64,000 nucleotides of DNA from NCBI GenBank assembly GCA_965198225.1, contig CBDAOY010000005.1, positions 672,001 through 736,000 of the forward strand, in the 5' to 3' direction. The notes under the pieces were generated by a model. The model was not told where the DNA came from, did no database searches, and saw only the letters and a program-made list of their open reading frames with translations. Positions 1-10,403 of this stretch are shown here, piece by piece. Each line of letters opens with the position of its first letter. Positions within the stretch are counted from its first letter, which is position 1. The translations under genes and the position numbers were made by a program. The DNA comes from Terriglobia bacterium. GTDB taxonomy: Bacteria > Acidobacteriota > Terriglobia > 20CM-2-55-15.

Positions 1-9
1 TACGGGCTG

Positions 10-324
10 ATGTCCTATTCGGTCAGCCAGCGCACCCACGAGATCGGCGTCCGGATGGCACTGGGTGCCCGCTCGCGGGAGATCCTCGGCATGATCGTCG
101 GGCAAGCTTTGCGGCTTGCCGTCTCCGGAGTCGTTATCGGAGCCATCGCGGCGATGTTCGCGGCGGGCTTGTTGATGGACCTGCTGTTCAACACGAGCGC
201 GGGCGATCCGATTGCTTTCGCCGTCGTGGCAGTGCTCGTTCTGGTAGTTTCGCTCACGGCGAGCTATTTTCCGGCGCGTCGGGCCACAAGAGTTCCACCG
301 CTGGTGGCGATGCGCGGGGACTGA
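10..324 (+). CDS. ABC/ADOP-type permease, C-terminal part (5' truncated by window edge)
   Basis: SYSVSQRTHEIGVRMALGA and PARRATRVPPLVAMR, typical FtsX/ADOP C-terminus. Confidence 0.85.
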   Translation: MSYSVSQRTHEIGVRMALGARSREILGMIVGQALRLAVSGVVIGAIAAMFAAGLLMDLLFNTSAGDPIAFAVVAVLVLVVSLTASYFPARRATRVPPLVAMRGD

Positions 325-375
325 CCATGAAGCGAGGGAGCGCGCCGGAGAGAGGCGAAATTTTTGGAATCGGGT

Positions 376-437
376 GTAGGGGCGCTCTATGAGCGCACGT
401 GTTTCTGCTCGAAGAATGTACGGTCATAGACCGCACC
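376..437. repeat. GTAG REP doublet (REPIN-like), family 1
   Basis: GTAGGGGCGCTCTATGAGCGCAC ... inverted CGGTCATAGACCGCACC. Confidence 0.8.
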
Positions 438-1040
438 CGATCTCTCCGTTACAGGCCACTAGTTCGCCGAACGGCTCGAGACTGCCACTTCGACTGCGCG
501 GCGGTGCCGCTCCCGATTGCCCGCGAAAGATTTGCGTTTGGGAGCTTGAGCCGACAGACGGGCGGCTCTCGCCGGGTCCTTGGGAAAGGGGGGATCCCCG
601 ACCGTGAAAACGAGGTCCGAGGGCCGCTAGTCCTGCTGGCTCAATAGTTTTTAGTTGCGGCAGCCAGCTGATTGGTATATGAAAGATCGACGCCTTTCTG
701 ACAATTGGCAAGGGCCCGCGGATTTTTCGTCCTCGCTGCCGACGAGGACGACGAACGGGGAGATTTGAGGTCATACAGGCCATTCAGCCTGTAAGCCCCA
801 GACCGTGGCCCGCCACAACCCAAAGTGTTGTCCCGGTAGGAATCCTGCAGTACACTTGGTCAGGCGTGTCTTAACCTATTGAAGACAAGAGGGTTCGTTT
901 CGCTTTTTGCGAAACGGTCCCGACGTTGAGCCTTTGTCCTTCGGACAGTGGGTTGCTGGAGGGCGATCTCAGAGGTGGTCGTTTCTGAAAGCTTCAACGG
1001 AGAGCGTCTTTAGAATTCTTTACGGAATGGGGAGATCAAG

Positions 1041-2084
1041 ATGTCGAGAGAGCGGCGGCGGTATTTTGGCAGGGGACTGGACGTGGGGACCTCTTTTGTT
1101 CGCTGTGCTGAGATGCAGGGCCAGGAGATCGTGTCGCGTTCCGAACGAAGCGCGTTCATCGACCTGAACCAGGCGGCGGACTTCACCGAAGGCATGCTCG
1201 GGATGGCGCAGCTCGATTACGCGAAGAACGGCGACCAGCTCCGAATCGTCGGGACCAAAGCCATCGAGTTCGCAAACATTTCCCAGACGGATGCCCGAAG
1301 ACCCCTTCGGACCGGTTTGATCAGCCCGTCGGAAGATGAAGCCCTTCCGATGATGGAACTCATCGTCAGAAACGTTGCCGGTGAGGCAAGGCAGGGCGGG
1401 GAACCGTTGTACTTCTCGGTTCCGGGCGAGCCTCTGGACGCTGAGGTGAACCTGGCCTACCACGAGAAAACCATCAGCGGGATCTTGAGGAAGCTGGGCT
1501 ACAACGCCAAGCCGATCAATGAAGGGCTTGCCGTTGTCTTTTCCGAGCTCGCCGAGCAGCAATTCACCGGGATAGGGATGTCGTTCGGCGGCGGTATGGT
1601 CAACGTGGGCTTCGCTTACCGGTCACTGCCGCTGCTGACTTTCAGCCTGGCCCGAGGAGGGGACTGGATAGACGAGAAGGCCGCCCTCGCTCTCAGCGAG
1701 AGCTCCAGCCAGGTTTGTCTCTTGAAGGAGTCTTCGCTCGACCTGAGCAAGGGAGAAGACGGCTCCAATGCGCACAACGCTCTGTCGATCGCCTACGATG
1801 AGCTCATCGGCTACGCCGCGGATGCGATGAAGGACGAAGTTTCGAAAATGGTGGCCGTCTCGTCGATGAAGGATCCCTTGCCGATCGTACTGTCGGGAGG
1901 AACGGCAGCTCCCCGGGGTTTTGCCGAGCGGTTCACCGCGGCGCTGAAGCAGAGGGACTTTCCGCTCGAGATCGCCAGGGTTCAGGTAGCCAGAGACCCG
2001 TTCGGGGCCGTGGCCAAGGGCGCCCTGACCGCCGCGAGGGTTGAGGGGGGGCGGCTCGAGGAAAGCGAGGCAGGAACTGCCTAG
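1041..2084 (+). CDS. Actin-fold ATPase, volactin-like
   Basis: Phosphate-1 GLDVGT, connect PINEGLAV, phosphate-2 SFGGGMVNV, ARGGDWID, adenosine LSGGT, AVAKGAL. Confidence 0.8.
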   Translation: MSRERRRYFGRGLDVGTSFVRCAEMQGQEIVSRSERSAFIDLNQAADFTEGMLGMAQLDYAKNGDQLRIVGTKAIEFANISQTDARRPLRTGLISPSEDEALPMMELIVRNVAGEARQGGEPLYFSVPGEPLDAEVNLAYHEKTISGILRKLGYNAKPINEGLAVVFSELAEQQFTGIGMSFGGGMVNVGFAYRSLPLLTFSLARGGDWIDEKAALALSESSSQVCLLKESSLDLSKGEDGSNAHNALSIAYDELIGYAADAMKDEVSKMVAVSSMKDPLPIVLSGGTAAPRGFAERFTAALKQRDFPLEIARVQVARDPFGAVAKGALTAARVEGGRLEESEAGTA

Positions 2085-2145
2085 ACGCTTGATCCTCAAG
2101 CTGAATTGATTGCCTGTCCCAAGACTCCTGACAGTCTTGAACAGG

Positions 2146-2553
2146 CTATGCGCCCGGCCACTCTTTCCGGGAAGCGCCCGGGCTTTCGAAGAGTTCCTCC
2201 GACTTGCCGTCGCCGGCCATATTGCTGTTTCCGTCGAGAACTCCACCCTCTTCGATCACGAGCACGGGGGTGCGAACCTCTCCCTGAACTCGTCCGGTGG
2301 TGTGAATCTCGACGCGCTTCTTGCTGTCGATGTTGCCTGAGATCTTTCCGTAAACCTCGGTTTCACCAACCTTGATGTCGGCGTGGACCTGGGCCCGTTC
2401 TCCGATGATCAGCTTGTCGCTCGTCGTAATCGACCCATGGAACTCCCCGTCGATACGCAATGTGCCCGAAAACTGGAGTTCTCCGGTGACCGAAGTGCCT
2501 TGGTCGAGGAACCCGCTTATTTCTTCCGATGAGAATTTGGAACGCAGCTTCAT
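2146..2553 (-). CDS. Bactofilin (polymer-forming cytoskeletal protein)
   Basis: GTSVTGELQFSGTLRIDGEFHGSI ... LVIEEGGVLDG beta-helix signature; alternative start 2574. Confidence 0.9.
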   Translation of the reverse strand: MKLRSKFSSEEISGFLDQGTSVTGELQFSGTLRIDGEFHGSITTSDKLIIGERAQVHADIKVGETEVYGKISGNIDSKKRVEIHTTGRVQGEVRTPVLVIEEGGVLDGNSNMAGDGKSEELFESPGASRKEWPGA

Positions 2554-2634
2554 CTCGTCGCCTCTTTTGTCCATTCCAGTTGCGAACGGGCTTAAATCTT
2601 CCCGGTTTTACCTAGGTTCCGTCAAGCCGCTTTT

Positions 2635-3435
2635 TCATTTAATTCTCCTAATTCTCGTTAGTTTCGTCCACCACGGCTGGTTTTGGTAATCCGCGTAGTC
2701 CAGGCACGCGACGATACTCGATGCGATCGCTTCCGGTTCCGCCGGTTTGAGGACATAGTCAAAGGCTCCCGCCCTCAGCGCCTGTTTGGCAACCTCCCGG
2801 TCGGCGACCTGAGTGTGCATGATGACGTCGGGATGCGACTTTCTCTTCATGATCAGTTGAAGCGCTTCCATGCCGCCCATGTCCGGCATCGACATTTCCA
2901 ACAGGACCACGCGTATCGGCGGCGGGTCCTGTAGGAGCTGCAGCGCATCCCTGGCCGAACTGGTCCCTGAAGCCAGGTATCCTCTTCGATTCAGGAAGTC
3001 AATCACGCTTCGGCGACCCTCGTCGTCGTCGACGACGACGAGAACCCGGGCACCGCTGTCGCTGCCTTGAACCGCGAGTTCAGGGTTGAGCATCCCCCGT
3101 ATCGTCGCAACCAGTTCATCGAAGCCCGCGGCCTTGTCCGCCACGCATTCGATGCCCGCTTCGCCGGCCGCCGCGCGAGACTCGTCGGAGTCCACGAGCC
3201 CGACAAACTTCGGCGGCTTCAGGCCGCCTCGAGCCAGTTCCAGAAACTCCGGCAAGCCGTCAATTGTCGGGTCGACGATCGCCAGGTCCGGGCGGTGCTC
3301 CTCGAACGCTCGCGCAGCCTCGCGAATCGACGTGCCGCCGAATGCGTCCAGCCGATCGCCCTGCAAAGCCTGAATCACGAGATCGACCAGTATCTTCTGG
3401 CTGTCGATGACGAGGACGACGGATCGTGTTCCCAT
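2635..3435 (-). CDS. Response regulator with two receiver domains
   Basis: VLVIDS..PDLAIVD and VLVVVDDD...GAFDYVLKP receiver motifs. Confidence 0.8.
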   Translation of the reverse strand: MGTRSVVLVIDSQKILVDLVIQALQGDRLDAFGGTSIREAARAFEEHRPDLAIVDPTIDGLPEFLELARGGLKPPKFVGLVDSDESRAAAGEAGIECVADKAAGFDELVATIRGMLNPELAVQGSDSGARVLVVVDDDEGRRSVIDFLNRRGYLASGTSSARDALQLLQDPPPIRVVLLEMSMPDMGGMEALQLIMKRKSHPDVIMHTQVADREVAKQALRAGAFDYVLKPAEPEAIASSIVACLDYADYQNQPWWTKLTRIRRIK

Positions 3436-3496
3436 GAAGCTTAACGTCGGGGTGGTGCCGATGTGACGCCGAGAGTTCTCCGATGTGCCCAGACGC

Positions 3497-4726
3497 TCAG
3501 TTGCCGTAGCTGATGCGCAGAATCCGGTTCCCGCCGTCATCGGAGAGCAGCAAGGATCCGTCCATATACTGCAGAACGTCGACCGGTCGTCCCCAGACCT
3601 CCTTCTCGTCGTCGGTATCGCGGACGATGAACCCAGTCAGGAAGTCCTCCGGTTCGCCCGAGGGTCTGCCGTCTTCGAAGGGCACTCGCACGACCTTATA
3701 GCCGGAAAGCTCTGATCGGTTGATCGATCCGTGCAGCGCGATGAAGGCGCTGTTCCGGTATTCCGCGGGGAACTGGTCACCCGTGTAGAAGATGATTCCA
3801 AGCGCGGCCGAATGCGAGGGGAGAAGGATGTCAGGGACGAGAGTCTTCTCGATCAGGTCCGGGCGTGCGCCGTTCAGGATCGGTTCGGGGTTGGGTCCGA
3901 TGTAGGCATAGGGCCAGCCGTAGAAACCACCGTCCACGACGGAGGTGGCGAACTCCGGCACCAGGTCGTCGCCGAGGTGATCTCGTTCGTTGACAGCCGT
4001 CCACAGGGTATCGCTGCCGGGGTAGAATGCCATGCCGACCGGGTTGCGCAATCCTCCGGCGAAAACACGGTGGTCGGACCCATCCGGATTGTACTCGTTG
4101 ATAGCGGCGCGTCGGGGGTCGTCATCCGGCGTCGCGTTCGTCGACGAGCCGACCGTGACATACATCTTTCTGCCGTCCGGGCTGAAGATCACGTTCCGCG
4201 TCCAGTGGTTGTACCCCTGCGTGCGGCTTATGTCGATGCCCAGTCGCTCGGCCGTGTCGCGATCGACTGCCGCGCTGCTCGGCGGTAGATCGACGACATG
4301 TTCCGGGGGTCCCTCCGCCTTCATCTGACCCGGGGTGTACGGGAAGCGTACGACCGCAGCATTGTTCCCGATGTAGAGGAAGCCTTCCTGGAACGCGATG
4401 CCGAAGGGTCGTACGCGATCCGTCTCAAAGGTCGCAAACGTCTCCTTTCGCTCCGCGGCGCCGTCCCGGTCCGCGTCGCGAAGAACCACGATCTCTCCGA
4501 ACCCGCTTTCGGTCACGAACACGTCGCCGTTCGGTGCCAGCGCGATCCGACGGGAATGCCGGAGACCCTCGGCGAAAACGTTGACCTTGAATCCGGGTGG
4601 CACCTGCAAGTGTGTTCCATCGGGCTGGGGAACGATCCGCGTGATCTTCCGGTACCAGGGGGTATGGAAGGGTTCGGGCAGCTGCTGTGCTCCGACGAGC
4701 AACAGGACAAGGGCAAGTCTGATCAT
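3497..4726 (-). CDS. Secreted PQQ-dependent sugar / L-sorbosone dehydrogenase family
   Basis: Signal peptide; GLRNPVG, VNERDHLGDDLVP, GGFYGWPY, GRPVDV motifs. Confidence 0.85.
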   Translation of the reverse strand: MIRLALVLLLVGAQQLPEPFHTPWYRKITRIVPQPDGTHLQVPPGFKVNVFAEGLRHSRRIALAPNGDVFVTESGFGEIVVLRDADRDGAAERKETFATFETDRVRPFGIAFQEGFLYIGNNAAVVRFPYTPGQMKAEGPPEHVVDLPPSSAAVDRDTAERLGIDISRTQGYNHWTRNVIFSPDGRKMYVTVGSSTNATPDDDPRRAAINEYNPDGSDHRVFAGGLRNPVGMAFYPGSDTLWTAVNERDHLGDDLVPEFATSVVDGGFYGWPYAYIGPNPEPILNGARPDLIEKTLVPDILLPSHSAALGIIFYTGDQFPAEYRNSAFIALHGSINRSELSGYKVVRVPFEDGRPSGEPEDFLTGFIVRDTDDEKEVWGRPVDVLQYMDGSLLLSDDGGNRILRISYGN

Positions 4727-4989
4727 GACGGGGAGGCCTCCTCAGGTCCGAAAGTATACCTCCCACCGGGACGGTCAATGAAGGGCAACCTAGTGGCCTG
4801 CAACGGAGATAGCGGCACCATCGCCGATGGGTCTTGCCAGTCGAGGTCGAGGAGAGAGGAGGAATTGATGCGGTTTCATCATGACGACGAACGACAAAGA
4901 GATCGACGGCAACCCCCATCGGTCCGGGGGGTTGCGGCGGAACGGTCGGGTCTTCGTTGCCGCTACCATTTCTTTGTAAGACCCGCTTC

Positions 4990-5631
4990 TCACGGGTTGT
5001 CGACTCCTAGAGTGAGCGTCATCCCGCCGCGGACCACTCGTCGGAGGACGTCACCGGGGCGTGCGCCGATGGCCATCCGGATGGCGATGTCGCGAAGACC
5101 CTGACTGACCGAGTAGGAAATCATTCCGTAGAGTCCGACCGCGGCCAGGACCAGGGCAAGGACGGCGAACCCGGACACGACGTTAGCGGCCATCTCGGCG
5201 GGAAGGAGCGCGAAGCCCATTGCCTCGTGCATCGGCGTGATACTCGAAACGAGCGTCCGGTCCAGCCGTCGAATCTCTTCGCGAAGGGGTCCGGCCGCCG
5301 ACAACGGGTTCGACGTAGTCCGAACCATCAGGACCGTGTTGGAGTTGTAGTGCTGGTAGGCGGAGAAGTACATGTAGGGCGTGGGATCCTCGCCAAGAGT
5401 GCGATATTTGCCGGTTCTGACCAAGCCGATGATGAGGTGGTCGTCACGCCAGGTCTCCACTCGCTTTCCGATCGGGTCCTCCCCCGGCCAGAAACGGTCC
5501 GCGAACACCTCATTGATAACGAGTGTTGGTGGGCCGTCCTCGCCGTCTCTCTGGTCGACCGCGATGAGCGTGAAACCGGGTTTGCGGGCCAGAATACGTA
5601 GACCGTAACGGATGTCTTGACCCAAGCTCAT
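4990..5631 (-). pseudogene. Internally deleted ADOP permease remnant
   Basis: N-terminal QDIRYGLRILARKPGFTLIAV fused directly to the C-terminal half (VINEVFADRFWPGEDPIGK ... AIRMAIGA); last TM segments absent. Confidence 0.7.
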
Positions 5632-5841
5632 TCGAACCCTCCATCTGTCGCTGCCGAGGCTGGCATAGGGGATGAAACGCAATTCGACCTTGAATTGTTC
5701 CGAACGCATCGTCAAGTCGACTGAATTCTTGGAGATTTCACGAGGTCCAGGATTTCTGCCAAGCCATTCCTTGGGACGCAGATCGCGAAATGCGCACAGC
5801 AATGATTTTCCTCCTTGCCGCACCCCCCCTTTTTTGTTTCC

Positions 5842-5889
5842 CCTTGACAATCTACAAAAGAGCGTTTAGTTTTTGTAGATCATCTAGGG
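5842..5889 (+). promoter_or_regulatory. Sigma70-like promoter with putative PadR inverted-repeat operator
   Basis: TTGACA(5844)-N17-TAGTTT; CCTTGACAATCTACA and inverted TGTAGATCATCTAGG; the first box recurs at ~21833. Confidence 0.6.
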
Positions 5890-5962
5890 AAGTGGACGAT
5901 AGGCCTCTGGGGGAAGGCGTCCAAGGTCACGAAACAGGCGGCGGGTGACTGGAGTAGATTCG

Positions 5963-8394
5963 ATGGGTTCTTTTATTCAAGACCTACGTTACGGAGTGCG
6001 AACGCTGGTGAAGAGTCCGGGTTTCACGTTCGTGGCTATCCTGACGCTTGCGTTGGGGATTGGAGCGAACACTGCGATCTTCAGCGTGGTCAACGGTGTG
6101 CTGCTGCAGCCGTTGCCGTATGAGAGCGAAGATCGGATCGTCAACCTGCGGCAACCCGCACCGTTGATCGAAGTCCAGAACGCGGGTTTCTCGCCGCTCG
6201 AAATCGAGGACTACCGGGAGCAGAGCCGGCTGTTGGAGACCGTAGTCGAGTATCACTCGATGCCCTTTAATCTGGTCGGGCGCGAGGAGCCGCAGCGTGT
6301 CCAGACCGGCGTCGTCTCGTGGGACTTCTTCGACCTGCTGGGTGTAGGTCCCCTGCTGGGTCGCATGTTCCGGGCGGACGACGAGACGCACGAGGCCGAC
6401 GCGGTCCTGCTTCTGAGCTTCGACTACTGGCAGAGCAGTTTTGGCGGTGATCCGAACATCGTGGGCGAAGAATTCGAGATGAACGACCGTGTGCACACCG
6501 TCATCGGAGTGCTGCCGTCGATACCGCAATACCCCAACGAGAACGACGTCTACATGCCCGTCACGGCGTGCCCGTTCCGGAACGGCGAGGGATGGAGAAC
6601 GACTCGCACCACCCGGGGGCTGACTGTCTTCGGAAAACTCAGGGAGAACGAGAGTCTCGCGGGGCTTGAAGGCGACCTCTCGACCGTGGCCGGACGGCTG
6701 CACACCGAGTATCCGGAAGCTTACCCTGAGACGCGGGGCTTCCAGACCCTGGCCATACCGCTGAAGGAGCAACTGACCCGACAGGCCCGGCCGACGTTGT
6801 GGATCCTGCTGGGTACGTCTCTGGCTCTGCTTCTCATCGTGTGCACGAACCTGGTGAACCTTACTCTTGCGCGACACGTGGGTCGCGTGCAGGAGATGTC
6901 GATCCGGACGGCGCTTGGAGCCGGAAGAGGGCGGCTCGCGCGACAGTTGGTGACCGAGGGAACTATCCTGGCGCTGATCGGAGGCGCGGCCGGCCTCGTT
7001 GTCGCCGCCCTGACGCTGGACGTGCTCAAGGCCTTCGCTTCCCGTTTCACCACGCGTGCGGCCGAGGTTGCCATCGACCCGACGGTCTTGTTGTTCACGC
7101 TCGGGGTCGCACTCTCGACCGGGTTGGTTCTTGGCGTCCTGCCGGCTCTTCGATCCCGGACCAACATCACGACCGAAATCAAGGCCGGGAACGCCCCGTC
7201 GTCGGTCGGAGGTCATCAGTCGCTACGGAAGATCCTGGTCGTTTCCCAGGTGGCGATTTCGTTCATGCTCCTGATCGGCGCGGGGCTTATGATCCGAAGC
7301 TTCATCGAACTCCAGGCGGTCGATCCCGGATTCAACCCCGAGAACGTATTGACGGCGAGGATCGATCTCAACTGGTCGAAATACAACACCTCCGAGAGCC
7401 GTCTTTCGTTCGTGGAGGCACTGCAGCCGAAACTCGAGGCGCACCCGGGCGTGATGTCGGTCGCGTTCTCAAACTCCTACCCGCTCAATGGCGGCACCCC
7501 CTTCACGCAGGGGTTCGAGATCGAAGACCAGGTCGTCGACGAAGGCCAGCCCTTGCCGCGCACCGTTATGACGTCGGCCAGTCCCGAGTACTTCCAGACT
7601 GTCGGAACCCGCCTTCTTCAGGGTCGGACCTTCGACGTGTTCGATCGGGAGGAATCGTCCCGGGTGGTCGTCGTCACGCGTTCCTTCGCCCGAAAGTACT
7701 GGTCCGAGGGCGAGGCGATAGGGAGGCGCATCCGGCCCCAGGGTGGGAATCAGGACTGGCTGGAGATTGTCGGCGTCGTCGACGACGTCAAGCAGTACAG
7801 CCTCGACCAGCAAGAGTCGGACATGGTATTCGCTCCTTTTTCGATCTTTCCCTTCCGGGATATGCGCGTGATGATTCGGAGCCGTGGCAACAGGGCGGCG
7901 CTCGCTTTGCAGGTGCGCGAGGCGGTCCGCGAGATCGATCCCGCCCAGCCGCTCGCCGAGATCCAGACGCTGGCCGAAGTTCGGAGTGAGTCGCTGGCAT
8001 CGCCGCGGCTGACGATGACGCTAATGGCAATGTTTGCCGGTCTTGCGCTGGCGATCACCGCAACGGGAATCGGGGGCGTGATGGCGTTTAGTGTCAGCCA
8101 GCGAACTAGCGAAATCGGCCTCCGGATGGCGCTTGGCGCGCCTCGCAGCAGCGTCCTGTCGATGGTCCTCGGCCAGGGCATGAAGCTCGTTCTGATCGGA
8201 CTCGGCATCGGTGTCGTTGGAGCGCTCGCCCTGGGCGGTCTGATGCGGGACTGTTGTTCGGGATTGACGCTACTGACTCCTGGACCTTTACAGGTGTCTT
8301 GCTCGCCCTGGCCGGTGTAGCAGCGCTGGCGTGTCTGCTGCCGGCCCGTCGGGCAGTCTCGATCAGTCCGATGACCGCCTTACGGGTGAATTAA
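5963..8394 (+). CDS. ADOP (Acidobacterial duplicated orphan permease), apparent frameshift near 8245
   Basis: [26 protein letters not shown], two MacB-PCD/FtsX halves; the expected C-terminus [10 protein letters not shown]...[17 protein letters not shown] lies in another frame ending at 8394. Confidence 0.85.
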
Positions 8395-8520
8395 GTCAGC
8401 GAGATAGTCCCCCCGATTTTTGCCGGTTGGGAGCGGGCTCCTGTGGTTCCATCCTTGGCACCGTGTTCATGAAGTGACCCCGCCCGATCCATGTGTTAAT
8501 TCTTGTAAAGTGTTGGTATC

Positions 8521-8548
8521 GTAACCTTCTGCGCTCCGCTGTCGTACT
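8521..8548 (+). promoter_or_regulatory. Putative ECF-sigma promoter upstream of the efflux operon
   Basis: GTAACC-N16-CGTAC, matching the AAC/CGT ECF pattern. Confidence 0.4.
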
Positions 8549-8645
8549 CGACTATAGGCATCAAGAGGGTCCTGAGGTTCCGCTCCACGGAGGTCCCGAT
8601 TCGGCTGCCATAGGTTCGAAAGCGTAGGAGAGGCATTGAGAGGTC

Positions 8646-10403
8646 ATGAAAATTAAGGTTGGTATTGCGGTCGTTGGGCTCGCCGTCGTGATCGGGCTCG
8701 TTTCCTTCAGCGTGTTCGGCGGCGATTCTGAAGAGCTTGAGTTCTTCACCACGGAGGTCACCCGCGGAACGATTCAGAACACCGTTTCGGCAACCGGAAC
8801 GGTCGAAGCGGTGGTGACAGTTCAGGTCGGAAGCCAGGTGTCCGGTCAGATCCAGACGCTCTATGCCGATTTCAATACAATCGTGAGTGCCGGTCAGCTG
8901 TTGGCGAAGCTGGACCCACGTACCTTCGAGTCGACGCTGGAGAACTCCAGGGCCAGCCTGGTGTCCGCCCGCGCCCGCGTGAAGACGTCTGAAGCCGATT
9001 TGACGAACAGTCACGCGAGCCTGGACAGTTCTCATGCCAATCTTCGCGGAGAGCAGGTCGACGCCGAGAAGGCCCAAATCCTGTTCCGACGGTCCGAGGA
9101 AATGAAAGCCGAGGATCTCGTCTCGCAGACCGATTACGACAACGCCCGAGCGACAGCGGAGTCTGCGGTTGCGCGGGTCGAACAGGCCGAGGCCACAATC
9201 AAGCAGGGCGAGGCCCAGATCATTTCCCGGGAAGCGGGACTCGAACAATCTCGAGCACAGGTGATTCAGGCCGAAGCCGACGTCAATCGTGCCGAGATCA
9301 ACCTCGAATACACCAACATCTACTCGCCCGTCGATGGCGTCGTGATTTCCAGGGAGGTCGATGTCGGCCAGACAGTCGCGGCCAGTATGTCCGCCCCGAC
9401 GCTTTTCATGATTGCGAACGACCTGGCCCTGATGCGCGTCAACGCCAGTATCGACGAGGCCGACATCGGTAAGCTTTCCCAGTCCAACCAGGTCGGTTTC
9501 ACGGTCGACGCCTATCCCGGAGAGCGTTTCCGGGGTTTCATCGAAGAAATCCGCCTCAACCCCCAGACTTCGCAGAACGTCGTCACCTACAGCGTCATCA
9601 TCGGAGTCGACAACCGGGACCTGAAGTTGAAGCCGGGCATGACGGCCAACATCACCGTGACGGTGGATCGGAAGGACAACGTCCTGAGCATTCCAAACTC
9701 GGCGCTCCGGTACATTCCCCCCGACGTCGATCCTCAGGAAGTACGTGCTTTGGCACGGGGTGTCGAGGGCGGCGGTCGCAGAGGTGGTGGGGCGATGGCC
9801 CTCCCCTCCACGGATGAGCGTCCGGATGCACCGGCCGAAACAGCCCAGAGACGCCGCGGTGGCCACACGCCGGGCGAAGACGGGGAGCAGGCGCAAGCCC
9901 TCCGGCAGCGTGAAGGACAGGCTGGCGAAGAGAGTGCTCGTCGCGGGCGTAGAGGCCAGGGCCAGCGGGCTGGGAGGGAAGGCGGCTTCGGGGGCGGAGG
10001 CCGCCGGGGTGGTCGCGACCGGGGAACGGGTTTCCCGAGTCCCGGCAACACGGGTGGCGCTCAGTTTACCGGCGGCGACTCCCGCGCAGCGGCACCTGGA
10101 CAGATGTGGGACACGGGTCAGAAGATCCAGTTCCAGGACGCGCCACCGATGGCTCCCCGCCCGGGACTGGTCTGGGTGATGGATGCCGAAGGCGTTCCCG
10201 AAGCGCGCACCGTCACGCTCGGCATCACCGACGGCGCTCGATCGGAGCTTTTGGTGTCGGACCTCCAGGAAGGAGATCAGCTCATCATCGGGGATTCGTC
10301 CCAGGGTGCCGACGTGCAGACCCAGCAAGGATTTAATCCGTTCGCTTTCGGAGGCCGCAGCTTTGGCGGCGGCCGTGGCGGTGGCCGGGGAGGGCGCCGG
10401 TGA
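8646..10403 (+). CDS. MacA-like efflux periplasmic adaptor (MFP) with Gly/Arg-rich inserts
   Basis: N-terminal TM, VQVGSQVSG, IYSPVDGVV, DEADIG, LKPGMTA. Confidence 0.9.
   Translation: MKIKVGIAVVGLAVVIGLVSFSVFGGDSEELEFFTTEVTRGTIQNTVSATGTVEAVVTVQVGSQVSGQIQTLYADFNTIVSAGQLLAKLDPRTFESTLENSRASLVSARARVKTSEADLTNSHASLDSSHANLRGEQVDAEKAQILFRRSEEMKAEDLVSQTDYDNARATAESAVARVEQAEATIKQGEAQIISREAGLEQSRAQVIQAEADVNRAEINLEYTNIYSPVDGVVISREVDVGQTVAASMSAPTLFMIANDLALMRVNASIDEADIGKLSQSNQVGFTVDAYPGERFRGFIEEIRLNPQTSQNVVTYSVIIGVDNRDLKLKPGMTANITVTVDRKDNVLSIPNSALRYIPPDVDPQEVRALARGVEGGGRRGGGAMALPSTDERPDAPAETAQRRRGGHTPGEDGEQAQALRQREGQAGEESARRGRRGQGQRAGREGGFGGGGRRGGRDRGTGFPSPGNTGGAQFTGGDSRAAAPGQMWDTGQKIQFQDAPPMAPRPGLVWVMDAEGVPEARTVTLGITDGARSELLVSDLQEGDQLIIGDSSQGADVQTQQGFNPFAFGGRSFGGGRGGGRGGRR

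Noticed and set aside
8496-10328. 610-aa minus-strand ORF and similar long antisense ORFs (e.g. 5984-7216, 11134-12294, 18605-19759, 30332-31546)
   Set aside because: Shadow frames of well-supported genes in GC-rich DNA, with no recognisable motifs
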